From positions 29,884,001-29,948,000 of the forward strand of contig OX597834.1 in assembly GCA_951406725.2 (NCBI GenBank): 64,000 bases of DNA. Direction: 5' to 3'. This DNA is from Octopus vulgaris. Lineage: Eukaryota. Each line of letters begins with the position of its first letter. Position 1 is the first letter of the stretch. Made by a program: the position numbers and the translations under genes. Shown here piece after piece: positions 1-44,175 of the stretch. The notes under the pieces were generated by a model that made no database searches, was not told the origin of the DNA, and saw only the letters and a program-made list of their open reading frames with translations.

Positions 1-221
1 AACAGTTTTTTCTCTTGGCTTTCTTGAAAAAATTCTGTAGTTTGTAACATATTTGGTGTTTAATTTTGTGCAATTCTGCAATTTCACCCAATCAAGGACG
101 TCTATTGAGGTGAAAACAATTTCTATGTTTTATAAACACATTCTACCAGTATACGAAGTTTAAAATTTTTTAGTTACATAGAAATTATTTTAAAAATCTG
201 CCGGTCAAAGTGAAAAGATCC
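1..221. mobile_element. Right part of GGATC-TIR MITE (long-TIR variant)
   Basis: Shares internal sequence and the ...ctgccggtcaaagtgaaaagatcc end with 9412-9835 and 10109-10536. Confidence 0.75.
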
Positions 222-253
222 AAACGAACAAATACCAGTTGTCAAGCAGTGGT

Positions 254-296
<43 letters not shown>

Positions 297-879
297 ACAC
301 ACACACACACGCACACACACACATGATGGGCTTTTGTACTGTTAGCATCGACCAAAGTCGCTTATATGGCATTTGTCAACCTGTATATCTATAGAAGAAG
401 ATACTTGACAAAGATGCGACACTGAGAGACTGAACCCGAAACCACATGGTTGCCAGGCGAGTGTCTTAACGACACAGCCATGTCTATGGCTTTACGGGAA
501 TTTACGTCAATAAACTTAAGAGATTTCGCTGGTTCTCTTTAAGTTCTCTTTACGAAATAATGTAATGTCATGTTGTCACTTCCGGTCAATCTACTTTCGT
601 TTTCCTTTTTTTACCCTCACATTGCATGTTAACCATTTTACTTTAGTCATATAACGGTTAACATGCAGTTTACAGTCATTAAAATGCACAGATTGTCCTG
701 AAAATAATGGGAGTAAATTGCGACAGAAACCGGAAGTGACGACAATGACATCCCATAAATTCATGCAAACGCTGCACGTGACATTGCTAATGCATAGAAA
801 ATACATATATTTAAAGTAACATGAAAACCATACATATATTTTTTATATATAAGATAAAAACAAGGGATCCTCCTCAATA

Positions 880-1042
880 GGCGCAGGAGTGGCTGTGTGG
901 TAAGTAGCTTGTTTACCAACCAGATGGTTCCGGGTTCAGTCCCACTGCGTGGCACCTTGGGCAAGTGTCTTCTACTATAGCATCGGGCCGACCAAAGCCT
1001 TGTGAGTGGATTTGGCAGACGGAAACTGAAAGAAGCCCGTCG

Positions 1043-1084
<42 letters not shown>

Positions 1085-1290
1085 TTTGTGTTTGTCCCCC
1101 TAGCATTGCTTGACAACCGATGCTGGTGTGTTTATGTCCCCCGTCACTTAGCGGTTCGGCAAAAAAGAGCGATAGAATAAGTACTGGGCTTACAAAAGAA
1201 TAAGCCCCGGGGTCTAATTGCTCGATTAAAGGCGGTGCTCCATCATGGCCGCAGTCAAATGGCTGAAGCAAGTAAAAGAGTGAAAGAGTA
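880..1290 (+). mobile_element. tRNA-derived SINE family A (internal TA/TG microsatellite)
   Basis: Head ggcgcaggagtggctgtgtggtaag with B-box-like ggttcagtccc, CORE-like ccttgggcaag, tail gaaacaagtaaaagag; many near-identical copies in the window. Confidence 0.85.
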
Positions 1291-1523
1291 ATGGTGTTCG
1301 TTACTGATATAATACATTGGAACGGTGTACCTCAGCTGCTATTTCTGAAATATTCAAGGTATCACTAAAAAAGTACTTTCCATATTGATTCGGTGGATAC
1401 TGCAATATGAAGGAGTTAATAAAATTAGTAAATTTCACTTGTTGTCTTTATGCTCCCTTTATGAAATTATAAGAGATCACTTTTGTCACTTCAGGTTTAT
1501 TTACTTCTATTTTAAACCCTTAA

Positions 1524-1743
1524 CCCTTTAGTGTTCAGATTACTCTGTTAAATATAATACTTTTTCACTCAAATTGTTTAGAATTAATCCTGCATTATCT
1601 TATAGCTTTGAGGTTTCAGTGATGTGATTGTTTATTTTTAGCATGACATTGTAGGTTAGGTGTGAGAGGCTAGATATCACCAGTTTGAATATAAAACATT
1701 TAGAATATTTGGGCCAGATGTGGCCGGTTTAAACACTAAACGG
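1524..1743. mobile_element. piggyBac-type MITE
   Basis: TTAA on both sides (1520-1523, 1744-1747); TIRs ccctttagtgttca / taaacactaaacgg. Confidence 0.75.
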
Positions 1744-2100
1744 TTAAACTGTGTATTAACCATTTTATTTTAGTCTTATAACAATCATTTGATTTATCAT
1801 AACAACAGATTGATATTACATCTTTAACGTTTGCCCGTCCAAAATCCTTTTTATAAGTTACTCCTAAAAGTCCGTGCTTCTTTTCTGACTTTTAGGTAGA
1901 CCTCGTTTTATACGTTCTGAGTAATTTAAAGCTCTCCTATCATAAGCCCCAAGTTACTCTGATGGTTTCAAAAAATTTGGTAGCGGGTATCATATATGAT
2001 GCATAGACGATGCCAGGGAAAGATGTCTTGTGTATCACGTGTGATACACTAGACAGACAAAAGGTTGAAACGTCGAGATATAATCGGGAGGTAATTCCCT

Positions 2101-32952
<30,852 letters not shown>

Positions 32953-33483
32953 GTTTTTCCTTTTTCATCAAAAACACCAACGACTTAAGACTCTAAACGA
33001 TCAAAACACCTTCTAATGGTCTTTTTATCTCCTGTAAGTCTTTTGACTGTCTCTGCTGCAAGTCAGTGACTGTGTGCGGCGGCCACAGCGATGGGGGGGG
33101 GGGTGACAGAGGCCGCTGTGGGGCTGGTGGTGACGGCGGCGGTGTTATTGTTGTCAGTGGTGGTGGTGGTAGTGGTGGTGTTGATAGTGATGTTGTTTGC
33201 GGTGGTGGTAGTAGTGATAGTGGTGACGGTGGTGGTTGTAGTAGTGAAAGTTATGGTCGTGGTGGGAGGGATGCCAGTGTTGCTGCCACTTTTGTTGTTT
33301 TTGTTTTTGTTTTTGTTATTGTAGACAAACAGATGTTTTCTTGGTTATTGTTCTTGTTGTTGTTGCTGATAGCCATTGTTTTCTCTTTAGTTTGTTTTGT
33401 TTCTTTATATTAATCGTAAGACGGTGGTGTAGTGACGTTCATGCATCTCCAACTGTTGTTGTTGTTGTTGCTGCTGCTGCTGC

Positions 33484-33535
<52 letters not shown>

Positions 33536-33989
33536 CTTGTTGCGCGTGCCAATGTTGCCCCGTTCTCAACGATTGGCGCATTTACTTTGTTGTTTAACTT
33601 CCGGTAATCCCCGAAAAGGTTATATCTCAATGAAAGATGCTCCAGCCGTGATCATCCCATTCGTAATAATAAATCTAATGAGATCACGCCATTATTTTCT
33701 TCCAGTTTTCTTCATTTTTTTTTTGAAGACAGCAAGATGTAATTTTAGGGATATTTGGCTGCTGTTTCTAACACATCGACCGACTGCCTAGAGACTCCTT
33801 CATTGATTCAACGTAGTGATGCGGTGATGTTTATGCCTCTCTTGCTTTTAATGGTTTTGCCGTTGTCGTTGCATGTCTATGCGACTCTGAGCAGGCCTGT
33901 TGTTGCTGTTGTTGTTATTATCGTTGTTGTTGCTGCTGTCAAAGTTGTTGTAGTTTCTGTTGCTGCTGTTGTTCTTTTTGTCCTTATTG

Positions 33990-33991
33990 CA

Positions 33992-34031
<40 letters not shown>

Positions 34032-34064
34032 TACTATTACTACTACTACTACTACTACTACTAC

Positions 34065-34097
<33 letters not shown>

Positions 34098-34214
34098 TAC
34101 TACTACTGCTACTACTACTACTACTATTATTATTATTATTATTATTATGATTATTATTATTATTATTATTACTACTACTACTACTACTACTATTATTATT
34201 ATTATTATTATTAT

Positions 34215-34284
<70 letters not shown>

Positions 34285-34285
34285 G
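33990..34285. repeat. (ATT/ACT)n compound microsatellite
   Basis: Trinucleotide runs. Confidence 0.95.
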
Positions 34286-35182
34286 TGTCGGTTATTAATA
34301 CTGAGATTGTTACATCGTTATTACTATCAGAGTTGTTTCATGGTTATAATTGTGTTATTACGTTGATATTACTGTTGGCATCATTACATGGTTATTACAA
34401 TGTTGTTATTTTATTGTCATTATATTGTTGCCATCATTTATGTTCTTACATAATGATGTCATAACATGTTTTTTTTTTCTCCCAATTTGAGGTTATTAAA
34501 TTGTTTGTATTATTACAGTGTTTATTTCTGTTTAAAGACGTTACCTTCTTATTACTTTTTAGAGTTATTACATAGTCATTACAGTTTGTTCTACTATACT
34601 GTTATTTATATGTTGGTCATTACACGTGTTATTACAGTTAGTTTTATTACATTGTTATTACTGTGATTGTTATTACCATTTTATCTCAGTTGGTATTATT
34701 CGTATTAGTGTTAGATATTACAATGTTATTACAGTTAATGTTATTGTTTGGTCTGTTACATAATCATTACCTTTTCGGTTATTACCGTAAAATTTATTAC
34801 TTTCTTCTTATTATGTTGGTTATTAACATATATTGTTATTTAAAAGTGTTGTTTCTTGTACTGTCATTACTTACTGTGTTATTATATAGTTACTAATTTT
34901 TATGTCATTAAATTGTTATTATAGTTTAGTTGTATTAATATTACTGTTTCTGTTATTACTTGTATAGTTATTACAAGTAATAATGTTAGTTTTGGGTTAG
35001 ATAATCATTACGTTTACGCTTATTTCGTTGTTATTGTTGTTTTGTTATGACGTTTTTATTACCGTTTTGCTTTGTTATTACCTGCTGCATCATTACATTA
35101 TTGCTATTATTGTTTGTTATAATCATTATTGCCTTTTTTTATAACGTTTTTTCTCTCCCAATTTGAGGTTATTAAATTGTTT

Positions 35183-35346
35183 GCGCAGGAGTGGCTATGT
35201 GGTAAGTAGCTTGCTAACCAACCACATGGTTCCGGGTTCAGTCCCACTGCGTGGCATCTTGGGCAAGTGTCTTCTGCTATAGCCCCGGGCCGACCAATGC
35301 CTTGTGAGTGGATTTGGTAGACGGAAACTGAAAGAAGCCTGTCGTA

Positions 35347-35391
<45 letters not shown>

Positions 35392-35595
35392 TTGTCCCCC
35401 TAGCATTGCTTGGCAACCTATGCTGGTGTGTTTACGTCCCCGTAACTTAGCGGTTCGGCAAAAGAGACCGATAGAATAAGTACTGGGCTTACAAAGAATA
35501 AGTCCCGGGGTCGATTTGTTCGACTAAAGGCGGTGCTCCAGCATGGCCGCGGTCAAATGACTGAAACAAGTAAAAGAGTAAAAGAGAAAAAAGAG
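35183..35595 (+). mobile_element. SINE family A inside a duplicated AT-rich segment
   Basis: Full body; the empty-site paralog is at 34468-34745. Confidence 0.88.
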
Positions 35596-36592
35596 TATTA
35601 CAGTGTTTATTTCTGTTTTAAGACGTTACCTTCTTATTACTGTTAAGAGTTATTACATAATTATTACAATTTGTTCTACTATACTGCTATTTATATGTTG
35701 GTCATTACAAGTGTTATTACAGTTAGTTTTATTACATTGTTATTACTGTGATTGTTATTACCATTTTATCTCAGTTGGTATTATTCTTATTAGTGTTAAG
35801 ATATTACAATGTTATTACAGTTAATGTTATTATATTGTTATTGCTGTGTTGATTATTATAGTTGATGCGTAGCCGTATTTCGTCTGCCGTTACGTTCTGG
35901 GTTCAAATTCTTACGAGGTCGACTTTGCCTTTCATCCTTTCGGGGTCGATAAATTAAGTACCAGTTACGCACTGGGGTCGATATAATTGACTTAATCCGT
36001 TCGTCTGTCCTTGTTTGTCCCCTCTGTGTTTAGTCCCTTGTGGGTAGTAAAGAAATATATTATAGTTGATGTTATTTACATCCTTATAATTGCGTGGTCA
36101 TTACCATATTATAACAGTTAATGTTATTCTCTTATTATTTTTGCGTTGATCATTACAATACTTTTGCAGGTAATGTAATTGTATTATCATTACTGTGTTA
36201 GTTATTACACTGTTATTATAGTTAATGTTTATATTGTTATTACTGTGTCGGTCATCGATGTGTGACGAAGTTGTTGTTGTTCTTGTTGGTGATAACTGAT
36301 GAAGCACGAAATACAGTTGTTATTATTGTTTAGCCCCAGGTCAGCTTTGATCCATTTGTCTTATGATGGAAGCATTCCATCCGTGACCAAGGCACATGAT
36401 TTTGATTTTGTCAGGCAAACTATGTATTCACGTGTATTTTATCAAATGCTTTCCTCTTTTGTTTGTTGTTGTTGTTTTTGTTTTTTTTGGTAGTAAGGCA
36501 GAATGTGAAGAAGATATTTTGCTACTATTTCTAGCTTGTCGAGTGACCACATGCAGTATTCCGGGCCGGTTGCTTGCTGATTCTATTCGTTT

Positions 36593-36745
36593 TGGTGGTG
36601 GTGGTGGTGGTGGTGGTGGTGGTGGTGGTGGTGGTGGTGGTGGTGGTGGTGGTGGTGGTGGTGGTGGTGGTGGTGGTGGTGGTGGTCGTGGTGGTGGTGG
36701 TGGTGGTGGTGGTGGTGGTGGTGGTGGTGGTGGTGGTGGTGGTGG

Positions 36746-36791
<46 letters not shown>

Positions 36792-36839
36792 GGTGGTGGT
36801 GGTGGTGATGATGATGATGGTGGTGGATGATGATGATGG

Positions 36840-36873
<34 letters not shown>

Positions 36874-36988
36874 GATGATGGTGGTGGTGGTGGTGGTGGT
36901 GGTGGTGTGGTGATGATGATGGTGGTGGTGATGATGGTGGTGGTGGTGGTGGTGGTGGTGGTGGTGGTGGTGGTGGTGGTGGTGGTGG

Positions 36989-37048
<60 letters not shown>

Positions 37049-37112
37049 CGTCGTTGTTGTTGACGTTACTATTGTTGTTGTTCTTGATGATGATGATGAT
37101 GACGACGACGAC

Positions 37113-37150
<38 letters not shown>

Positions 37151-37560
37151 CGATGACGACGATGATGACGATGATGATGATGATGACGACGACGATGATG
37201 ATGATGATGATGATGTTGCTAGTACTGTAGTTACTGTTGTTATTGTTGTTCTTGTAAATGTTGTTGTTGCTAATGCTGGTGTCTTCAGATAAAAGAAAGA
37301 GTTTTTGAAATTTAAATATAAATGAAAAAAAATATATATATTTTTAATGGAAAATAAAAATGAGGAAATGGATCGTTTAAATTGCTGTTCACCGGCCACC
37401 ACCATCACCATCACCACCATCACCACTGCCACCACCACCACCACCAATACCACCATCACCACCACCACTATCACTACTGCCACCACCACCAATACCACCA
37501 CCACCATCACCACTATCACTACTGCCACCACCACCACCAATACCACTATCACCAACACCA
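36593..37560. repeat. (GGT/GAT/GTT/GAC)n and (CAC)n compound trinucleotide arrays
   Basis: About 620 bp of G-rich triplets, followed by a C-rich array. Confidence 0.95.
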
Positions 37561-38169
37561 AGCCACAATTCTATCGGCACGCCCATCCCTGCCGTCATAG
37601 GTAGTTGTAACGGACGGGTGGGGCCGGAGAAGGTCAGTATAGAATGAAAGAGGCGGCGGGAGGATGGATGTGTATGTGTATGTGTATGTATAGATGGATA
37701 AGTGTGTGTGTATGTATGTATGTATGTATGTATGGATGGATGGATGGATGGATGGATGAATGGATGGATGCGTGTGTATATATACGTATGCATGCATGTA
37801 TAGATAGATAGACAGACAGACGGACGGACGGATGGACAGACAGACAGACAGACAGACAGATAGATAGATAGATAGATAGATGGATGGATGGATACACACA
37901 CATGGACGCATGTACTTTGCAATACATATATGTGTCTACTTGTATGTATGTATGTATGTATGTGTATATATATATGTATGTGTGTGTATACAGACATAAA
38001 TACTTTGTACTTTGCAATACATATATGTGTCTACTTGTATGTATGTATGTATGTATGTGTATATATATATGTATGTGTGTGTATACAGACATAAATATAT
38101 ATATATATAGATACATAGATATGCACATATATATATATGTATATATATATAGTAGTGTGTGTGTGTGAA

Positions 38170-38893
38170 GGCGCATGGCTCAGTGGTTAGAACGTCAAGC
38201 TTACGATCGTGAGGTTGTGAGTTCGATTTCCGGACCAGACCCTGTGTTGTTCTCTTGAGCAAGACACTTTATTCCACGTTGCTCCTGTTCACTCAGCTGT
38301 AGAAACGAGATGCGACGTCACAGGTGCCAAGCTGTATCAGCCCCTTTGCCTTCCCTTGGATAACATCGGTGGTTGTGGAGAGGAGAGGCTGGTATGTATG
38401 GGTGACTGCTGGTCTTCCATAGAAACAACCCTAGGTTACGCGTCCGCCGGTGAGGGCGACTTTCCGCCCAGACATGTACCCAAGAGGGCCCAAGAGGGTG
38501 CACCCATGTTCGTTCGTGACCGACGGAGTCGAGTTGTTGAGTTTTATATATACATATATTACTACGGCACTCCGTCGGTTGCGACGACGAGAGTTCCAGT
38601 TGATACAATCAACGGAACAGCCTGCTCATGAAATTAACGTGCAAGTGGCTGAGCACTCCGCAGACACGTGTACCCTTAACGTAGTTCTCGGAGAGATTTC
38701 AACGTGACACAGTTTGACAAGGCTGGCGTCTTTGAAATACAGGTACAACAGAAACAGGAAGAGTGAGAAAGTGCCTCGTGGAGCTTTAAGTGTTTTCGCT
38801 CAATAAACATTCACAACGCCCGGTCTGGAAATCGAAACCGTGATCCTATGACCGCGAGTCCGCTGCCCTAACCACTGGACCATTGCGCCTCCA
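38170..38893. mobile_element. Tail-to-tail SINE pair: family-C head with alternative tail (+), and family-D head with C tail (-)
   Basis: 38170-38530 plus and 38566-38893 minus; both end in ..ccgacggag. Confidence 0.7.
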
Positions 38894-39314
38894 CACACAC
38901 ACGCACATACACATATAAAACCATCATTCATTCCTCTCTTTCCATCACCTTCTCCTCCTCCCCGTCAAATGCACACAGAAATACCCACATAGCTCATTTA
39001 ACTTTCATACTGGTAAAAAGTGATAAACATCCGTCTGTAGTAGATCCATTAACGCTATATCGCCTGAAGATTAAATCTGATGCCCACAGAAACTATGGAC
39101 TACACTGTAAACCCAGGAATACGGCATATGATCTTAAGAGACATGTGATTTGTAGAAACGTGCGTAGCGATGCATTAAATGTTTATAAATTCCATCCAAA
39201 GATTATTGTTATTACTACTACTACTACTATATATATATATATATATATGAAATTTTTGTGTAATGAGATAAAAAAAAACAAGGCTGTATAGATATCAGAG
39301 CATTTATAGACAGG

Positions 39315-39367
39315 TCTTACAGCTGTTTCTAGAATATTAATTAATAATAATATTCCTTCATCAGAGA
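39315..39367 (-). ncRNA. Minimal hammerhead ribozyme-like motif (Penelope-type)
   Basis: Minus strand: TCT-CTGATGA-A-GGAATATTA..TAATATTCT-A-GAAA-CAGCTG-TA-AGA; 9-bp stem II, palindromic hexamer in stem III. Confidence 0.6.
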
Positions 39368-39396
39368 TGGTGTGAGAGGAAAAGACACCATTATCT

Positions 39397-39469
<73 letters not shown>

Positions 39470-39747
39470 AATATAGGTAGGATCAAGGAAAAAGTACTCC
39501 ATCCAGTGAGAGTTAAAGCAGAATTTAATACACAACCGAAAGAGCTACTAATAATTTCATGGTTTTATGATACTTTAACCGGACATAATTACAAAATACG
39601 CCATCTCTCACCAAGCAATCTTTCAGGCTGTTTATATGTTATATATATTTTAAAAACAAGAGCTCTGGACAGTGAGAAAATACGCAAAAAAAAAAAGAGA
39701 AGAAAAATGCGGAAAAGGTTGATGCTTGTGTCCAGCGCCCTTGGTTT

Positions 39748-39941
39748 TATTTGGTGGTGCATAATAATTGGAAATCAACAAAATCAACCTTAAATGACGG
39801 TCTGACCGTCTGCCAAGCAAATGAGAAGCAGTAACTGAAGTAGATGGTGAATATGCTCCGGAATAATCATTCAAAGATGTTTTCGTTGAATAACATTTAT
39901 TGAAAGAAAAAAAGCCGCAATAATTATGCACCAACCCAATA
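39748..39941 (+). mobile_element. Deleted mariner remnant
   Basis: Ends tggtgcataataattg / gcaataattatgcaccaacccaata; internal ..EAVTEVDGEY mariner C-terminus. Confidence 0.55.
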
Positions 39942-40320
39942 AAATATATCTAATGCCTAAACAGATCCTAAAAGACTGCTTGGAGAGATACATGGCGTAT
40001 TTTATAAATATGCCTAGTGAAAGTATCATTAAAGCATGAAACTGTTAGCAGCTCTTTCGGTTGTGTATGAAATTAATACACCCACACGCACGCACATACA
40101 CACACACACACACACACATACATATATATATACATAATTGTGTGGATGGCGGTGGTGGTGGGATGGATGGCGATGACATTGGTGATCGTTATCAACTTCT
40201 TAATGGTGACGTAGTGTACGACATTGTGTGGGGGGTAACGCGGTGTTTGCGTTGCATTGTATGGTGGTGGTGGTGGTGGTGGTTGTGGTGGCGGCGGCGG
40301 CGGTGGTGGTGGTGGTGGTG

Positions 40321-40352
<32 letters not shown>

Positions 40353-40796
40353 AGTGGTGGTGGCAGCGATGATGGTATTTGTAGCGAATGCGGCAGTCGT
40401 CGTGGTGGCGGCAGCGGCGGCAAGACGGTAATTATGATGATGAGGATGGTGGTGGTAATGATGGTGGTGGTGGTGGTGGTTGTGGTGGTGGTGGTGGTGG
40501 TGGTGGTGGAGAAAACAATGCTGGCGATGATGGCGGTAATGATGTGGTGGCTGGTTCGCCACCGCCGTCGATGCTACTGCTGATGATGATGACGATGATG
40601 ATCGTGGTGGTGATGGTGGAGACTAGAGATATTGATGAGGATAATAAACATCTTGATGGTAGTGGTGGTGGCGGTGGTGGTTGTGGGTGAGGGCGGTCGG
40701 GGCGGGACATGAGTGGTGCTGTGGACAGTGTGGGGTGAGGTAACTAATTATGAATGGTCTGTAACATAAAACAATATATATATATATATATATACA

Positions 40797-40840
<44 letters not shown>

Positions 40841-41012
40841 GGGGCAGAAGGTGAAGGGCCGCGCGATGAAAGCCAATTGAGATAATTATACAAATCTAAT
40901 CACAAGATTATAACCGGGGTGGGGACAGGGGGTAAGGAATGGTGATAAGAGGTGGGGAGAATGGGAGGATAGAAGGAAAGATATAAATGAGAGGGGAGAG
41001 GAAGAGAGGGAG

Positions 41013-41043
<31 letters not shown>

Positions 41044-41169
41044 GGAAGGAAAAGTGAATGCAAGAGTGTATGTGTGTGTGTGTATGTGTGCATATATATA
41101 AATATCTATATATAAACGCATACGCATATGCACATACATATATTTGTACGGACATATATGCATATACAT

Positions 41170-41620
41170 ACACCCTTATGTGTGTGTGTGTGTGTGTACA
41201 CGTATACATACATGTGTATGTGTGTGTACACATATACATACATATGTGTGTGTGTATGTGTGTGTGTGTGTGTACACATATACATACATATGTGTGTGTG
41301 TGTGTGTACACATATACATACATATGTGTGTGTGTATGTGTGTGTGTGTGTACACATATACATACATATGTGTGTGTGTGTGTACACATATACATACATA
41401 TGTGTGTGTGTGTGTACACATATACATACATATGTGTGTGTGTGTGTGTACACATATACATACATATGTGTGTGTGTATGTGTGTGTGTGTGTACACATA
41501 TACATACATATGTGTGTGTGTGTGTACACATATACATACATATGTGTGTACACATATACATACATATGTGTGTGTGTGTACACATATACATACATATGTG
41601 TGTGTATGCATGTGTGTAGA
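41170..41620. repeat. Higher-order minisatellite (TG)n-tacacatatacatacata
   Basis: About 12 repeats of the unit gtacacatatacatacatatgtg with variable TG spacers. Confidence 0.9.
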
Positions 41621-42500
41621 CATAACACATGGCTAAATACTTTGATAGCCAAATAGACACACAGAAGTCAGACGGACAGATGGACGGACGGACAGACAGA
41701 AAGACAGACAGGCAGATAGATGGATGGGAGAGAGAAAGAGAGGAAAAGAAGATAGAGGAAAAGGTGGTAGCCTCGAAGAGTAGAAGAGAGAGGAGGGGAG
41801 TCGCGTGGGAGATCAGAGATATGACAATAACAAGTAAGACGAGAAGGTGTGAAGGAGTTCCGTCTCCCTTCCCATACACAGCCAACCTTACCCTGGCCAT
41901 CACCACTGCAATCACTATTACCAACACCACCGCCTTCGACAACACTTTCATTACCTGCAACCACCACCACCACCACCATTACATCCACTACCACCACATC
42001 CACCACCACATCCACCACCACATCCACCACTGCCACCACCAACACCAACGCCGCTGCCATCGACAACACAAACAGCCACCACTTCTTACACAACCAATAC
42101 TAACAACAACAACAACACCTAAAACTGCCAGTACGAACTCTGAGAACCACTACCACCACCACCACCACCACCATAACCAATGCCAACATCACCAGCACCG
42201 GCACGACCCCCACTTTCACCACCCACCCACCCATTCCCCAACACCAGCACCGTTTAGTCGCCATCTTGGTCCCTAGCCCGGACAAAATGGAATAGAGTTG
42301 AGGGTGTGGGAAATAACAGGTGCCGAGATTGTTGTATACAAACACACACAAACACGTACAAGAACACACACACACACAAACACACATACACGTACAAACA
42401 AACCAACACACGCAAATACTGACACAAACTACAAACACACTATTTACATACTACATATACACTATATAGAGAGATATATATACATACATATAAATATATA

Positions 42501-42557
<57 letters not shown>

Positions 42558-42646
42558 GCACACACATATATGTGTATATATATATATATATATGTATGTA
42601 TATATATATACACACACATATATATATATGTATGTATGTATCTTTG

Positions 42647-42720
<74 letters not shown>

Positions 42721-42886
42721 TGTATACACACTCTGTATACACAAACGTAGTTGAAGGAGAATACGGGCAACTATAGCAAATCAAAGTCGACTTACATCAG
42801 TCAATTACATATACCCACCTCACCCTCACAAATTGAGCCCAAACCCCTAACACAAACACACATGTGTGTGTGTGCGTGTGTGAATA

Positions 42887-42929
<43 letters not shown>

Positions 42930-43148
42930 ATCTTTTGTTGGAGACATTGGCCTGCGACCATCCTGGTGCACCGCCTCCAAGGGGATTCCCGTCGAAGAAA
43001 TCGATCTCAGTACTTATGCTTTAAGAGTGGCACTCGTTCTATCGATCTCTTGTGCCGAATCCCAAAGTTGTGGGGATGGGGTCGTAAACAAACCAACACC
43101 CGCCATCAAATGGTGGTCGGGAGACAAACGCGTGCACTTGCACACACA

Positions 43149-43194
<46 letters not shown>

Positions 43195-43196
<2 letters not shown>

Positions 43197-43610
43197 GCTA
43201 AAAGACAATCTGAAGCGATACAGCATTTCCTTTTCTTTCTGAGAAAAAGTACCAAAAACGCAGGACCTGGCGCCAGTCCTGCTTCTCCTCGGTTCAAAGA
43301 TTTGAGCAAAGTCGACCCTAGCATTGGGACCAACTTCGTGCAAGCATCAAGGCACTAAATAGAAACCTTACCTGTCGTTGTGGTTTTGTAGCAGGAACCA
43401 AAGCAGGCCATGCCGCCCACTCAAGAAAACACGTACTGAATGAGCCCCAAGCACTCAAGCAAACTGAGTCCTCAACTTGTTCCTTTTGCCAAAAGGTTTG
43501 CAAGGCAGCAGCAGGCCTCAAGAGATGCATTCACATCCAGAGAACATGATTACCACTTTAATTTACTGAACCCTCATTTGTTATTCATGATGAGAGAATC
43601 CATCATTATA
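43195..43610 (+). mobile_element. RTE-clade LINE 3' fragment
   Basis: LKDNLKRYSI..RRTWRQ..CRCGFVAGTKAGHAAHSRKH..CSFCQKVCKAAAGLKR; (TACA)n tail. Confidence 0.65.
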
Positions 43611-44175
43611 CAAACATACATACATACATACATACATACATACATACATACATACATACATACAAACATACATACATACATACATACATACATACATACA
43701 TACATACATACATACATACATACGTGTTCTATAAAAGATTAGTGGTGAGCAAAAACGACGGCATTCTCGGATGAAACCCTTGGCGTCAATGAAGTGAAGT
43801 GATTGATCTGTTCTGGATAACTTTCGGAGTAAGTCCCATGGATAATTTCCAGAAATCCTTGGCTTGGTATTACTATCGATGAAGGAGGATTGTTGGTTCG
43901 AGATAAAAGTTGCGGTCACAGAAGGGATCGTCAACAAGCCGTCGTATCTCCGAAAGAAATTACCAGATTATAATAGATAGATTTAGTAAGTAAAGAGTGT
44001 CGATTGAGACTCACAGATTATAAGAACTGGTCAACAGAATAGGACAGGCGATTGGAAAAGCATTATGGCTGACGGACAATCGACGGAAACGGCGTGCAAC
44101 CATTCTTCGACACCAACCACGAAGTTTACGATGTAAGAAAGAAGGCGCGTGCTGTTAAATATGAAAGAAAGAAAA

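Noticed and set aside
36428-37561. 377-aa ORF of poly-S/T/P/H and similar long ORFs (12242-12907, 29556-29960, 33755-34298, 41106-41960)
   Set aside because: These are stop-free frames produced by microsatellites, with no complex sequence, splice context or domain.
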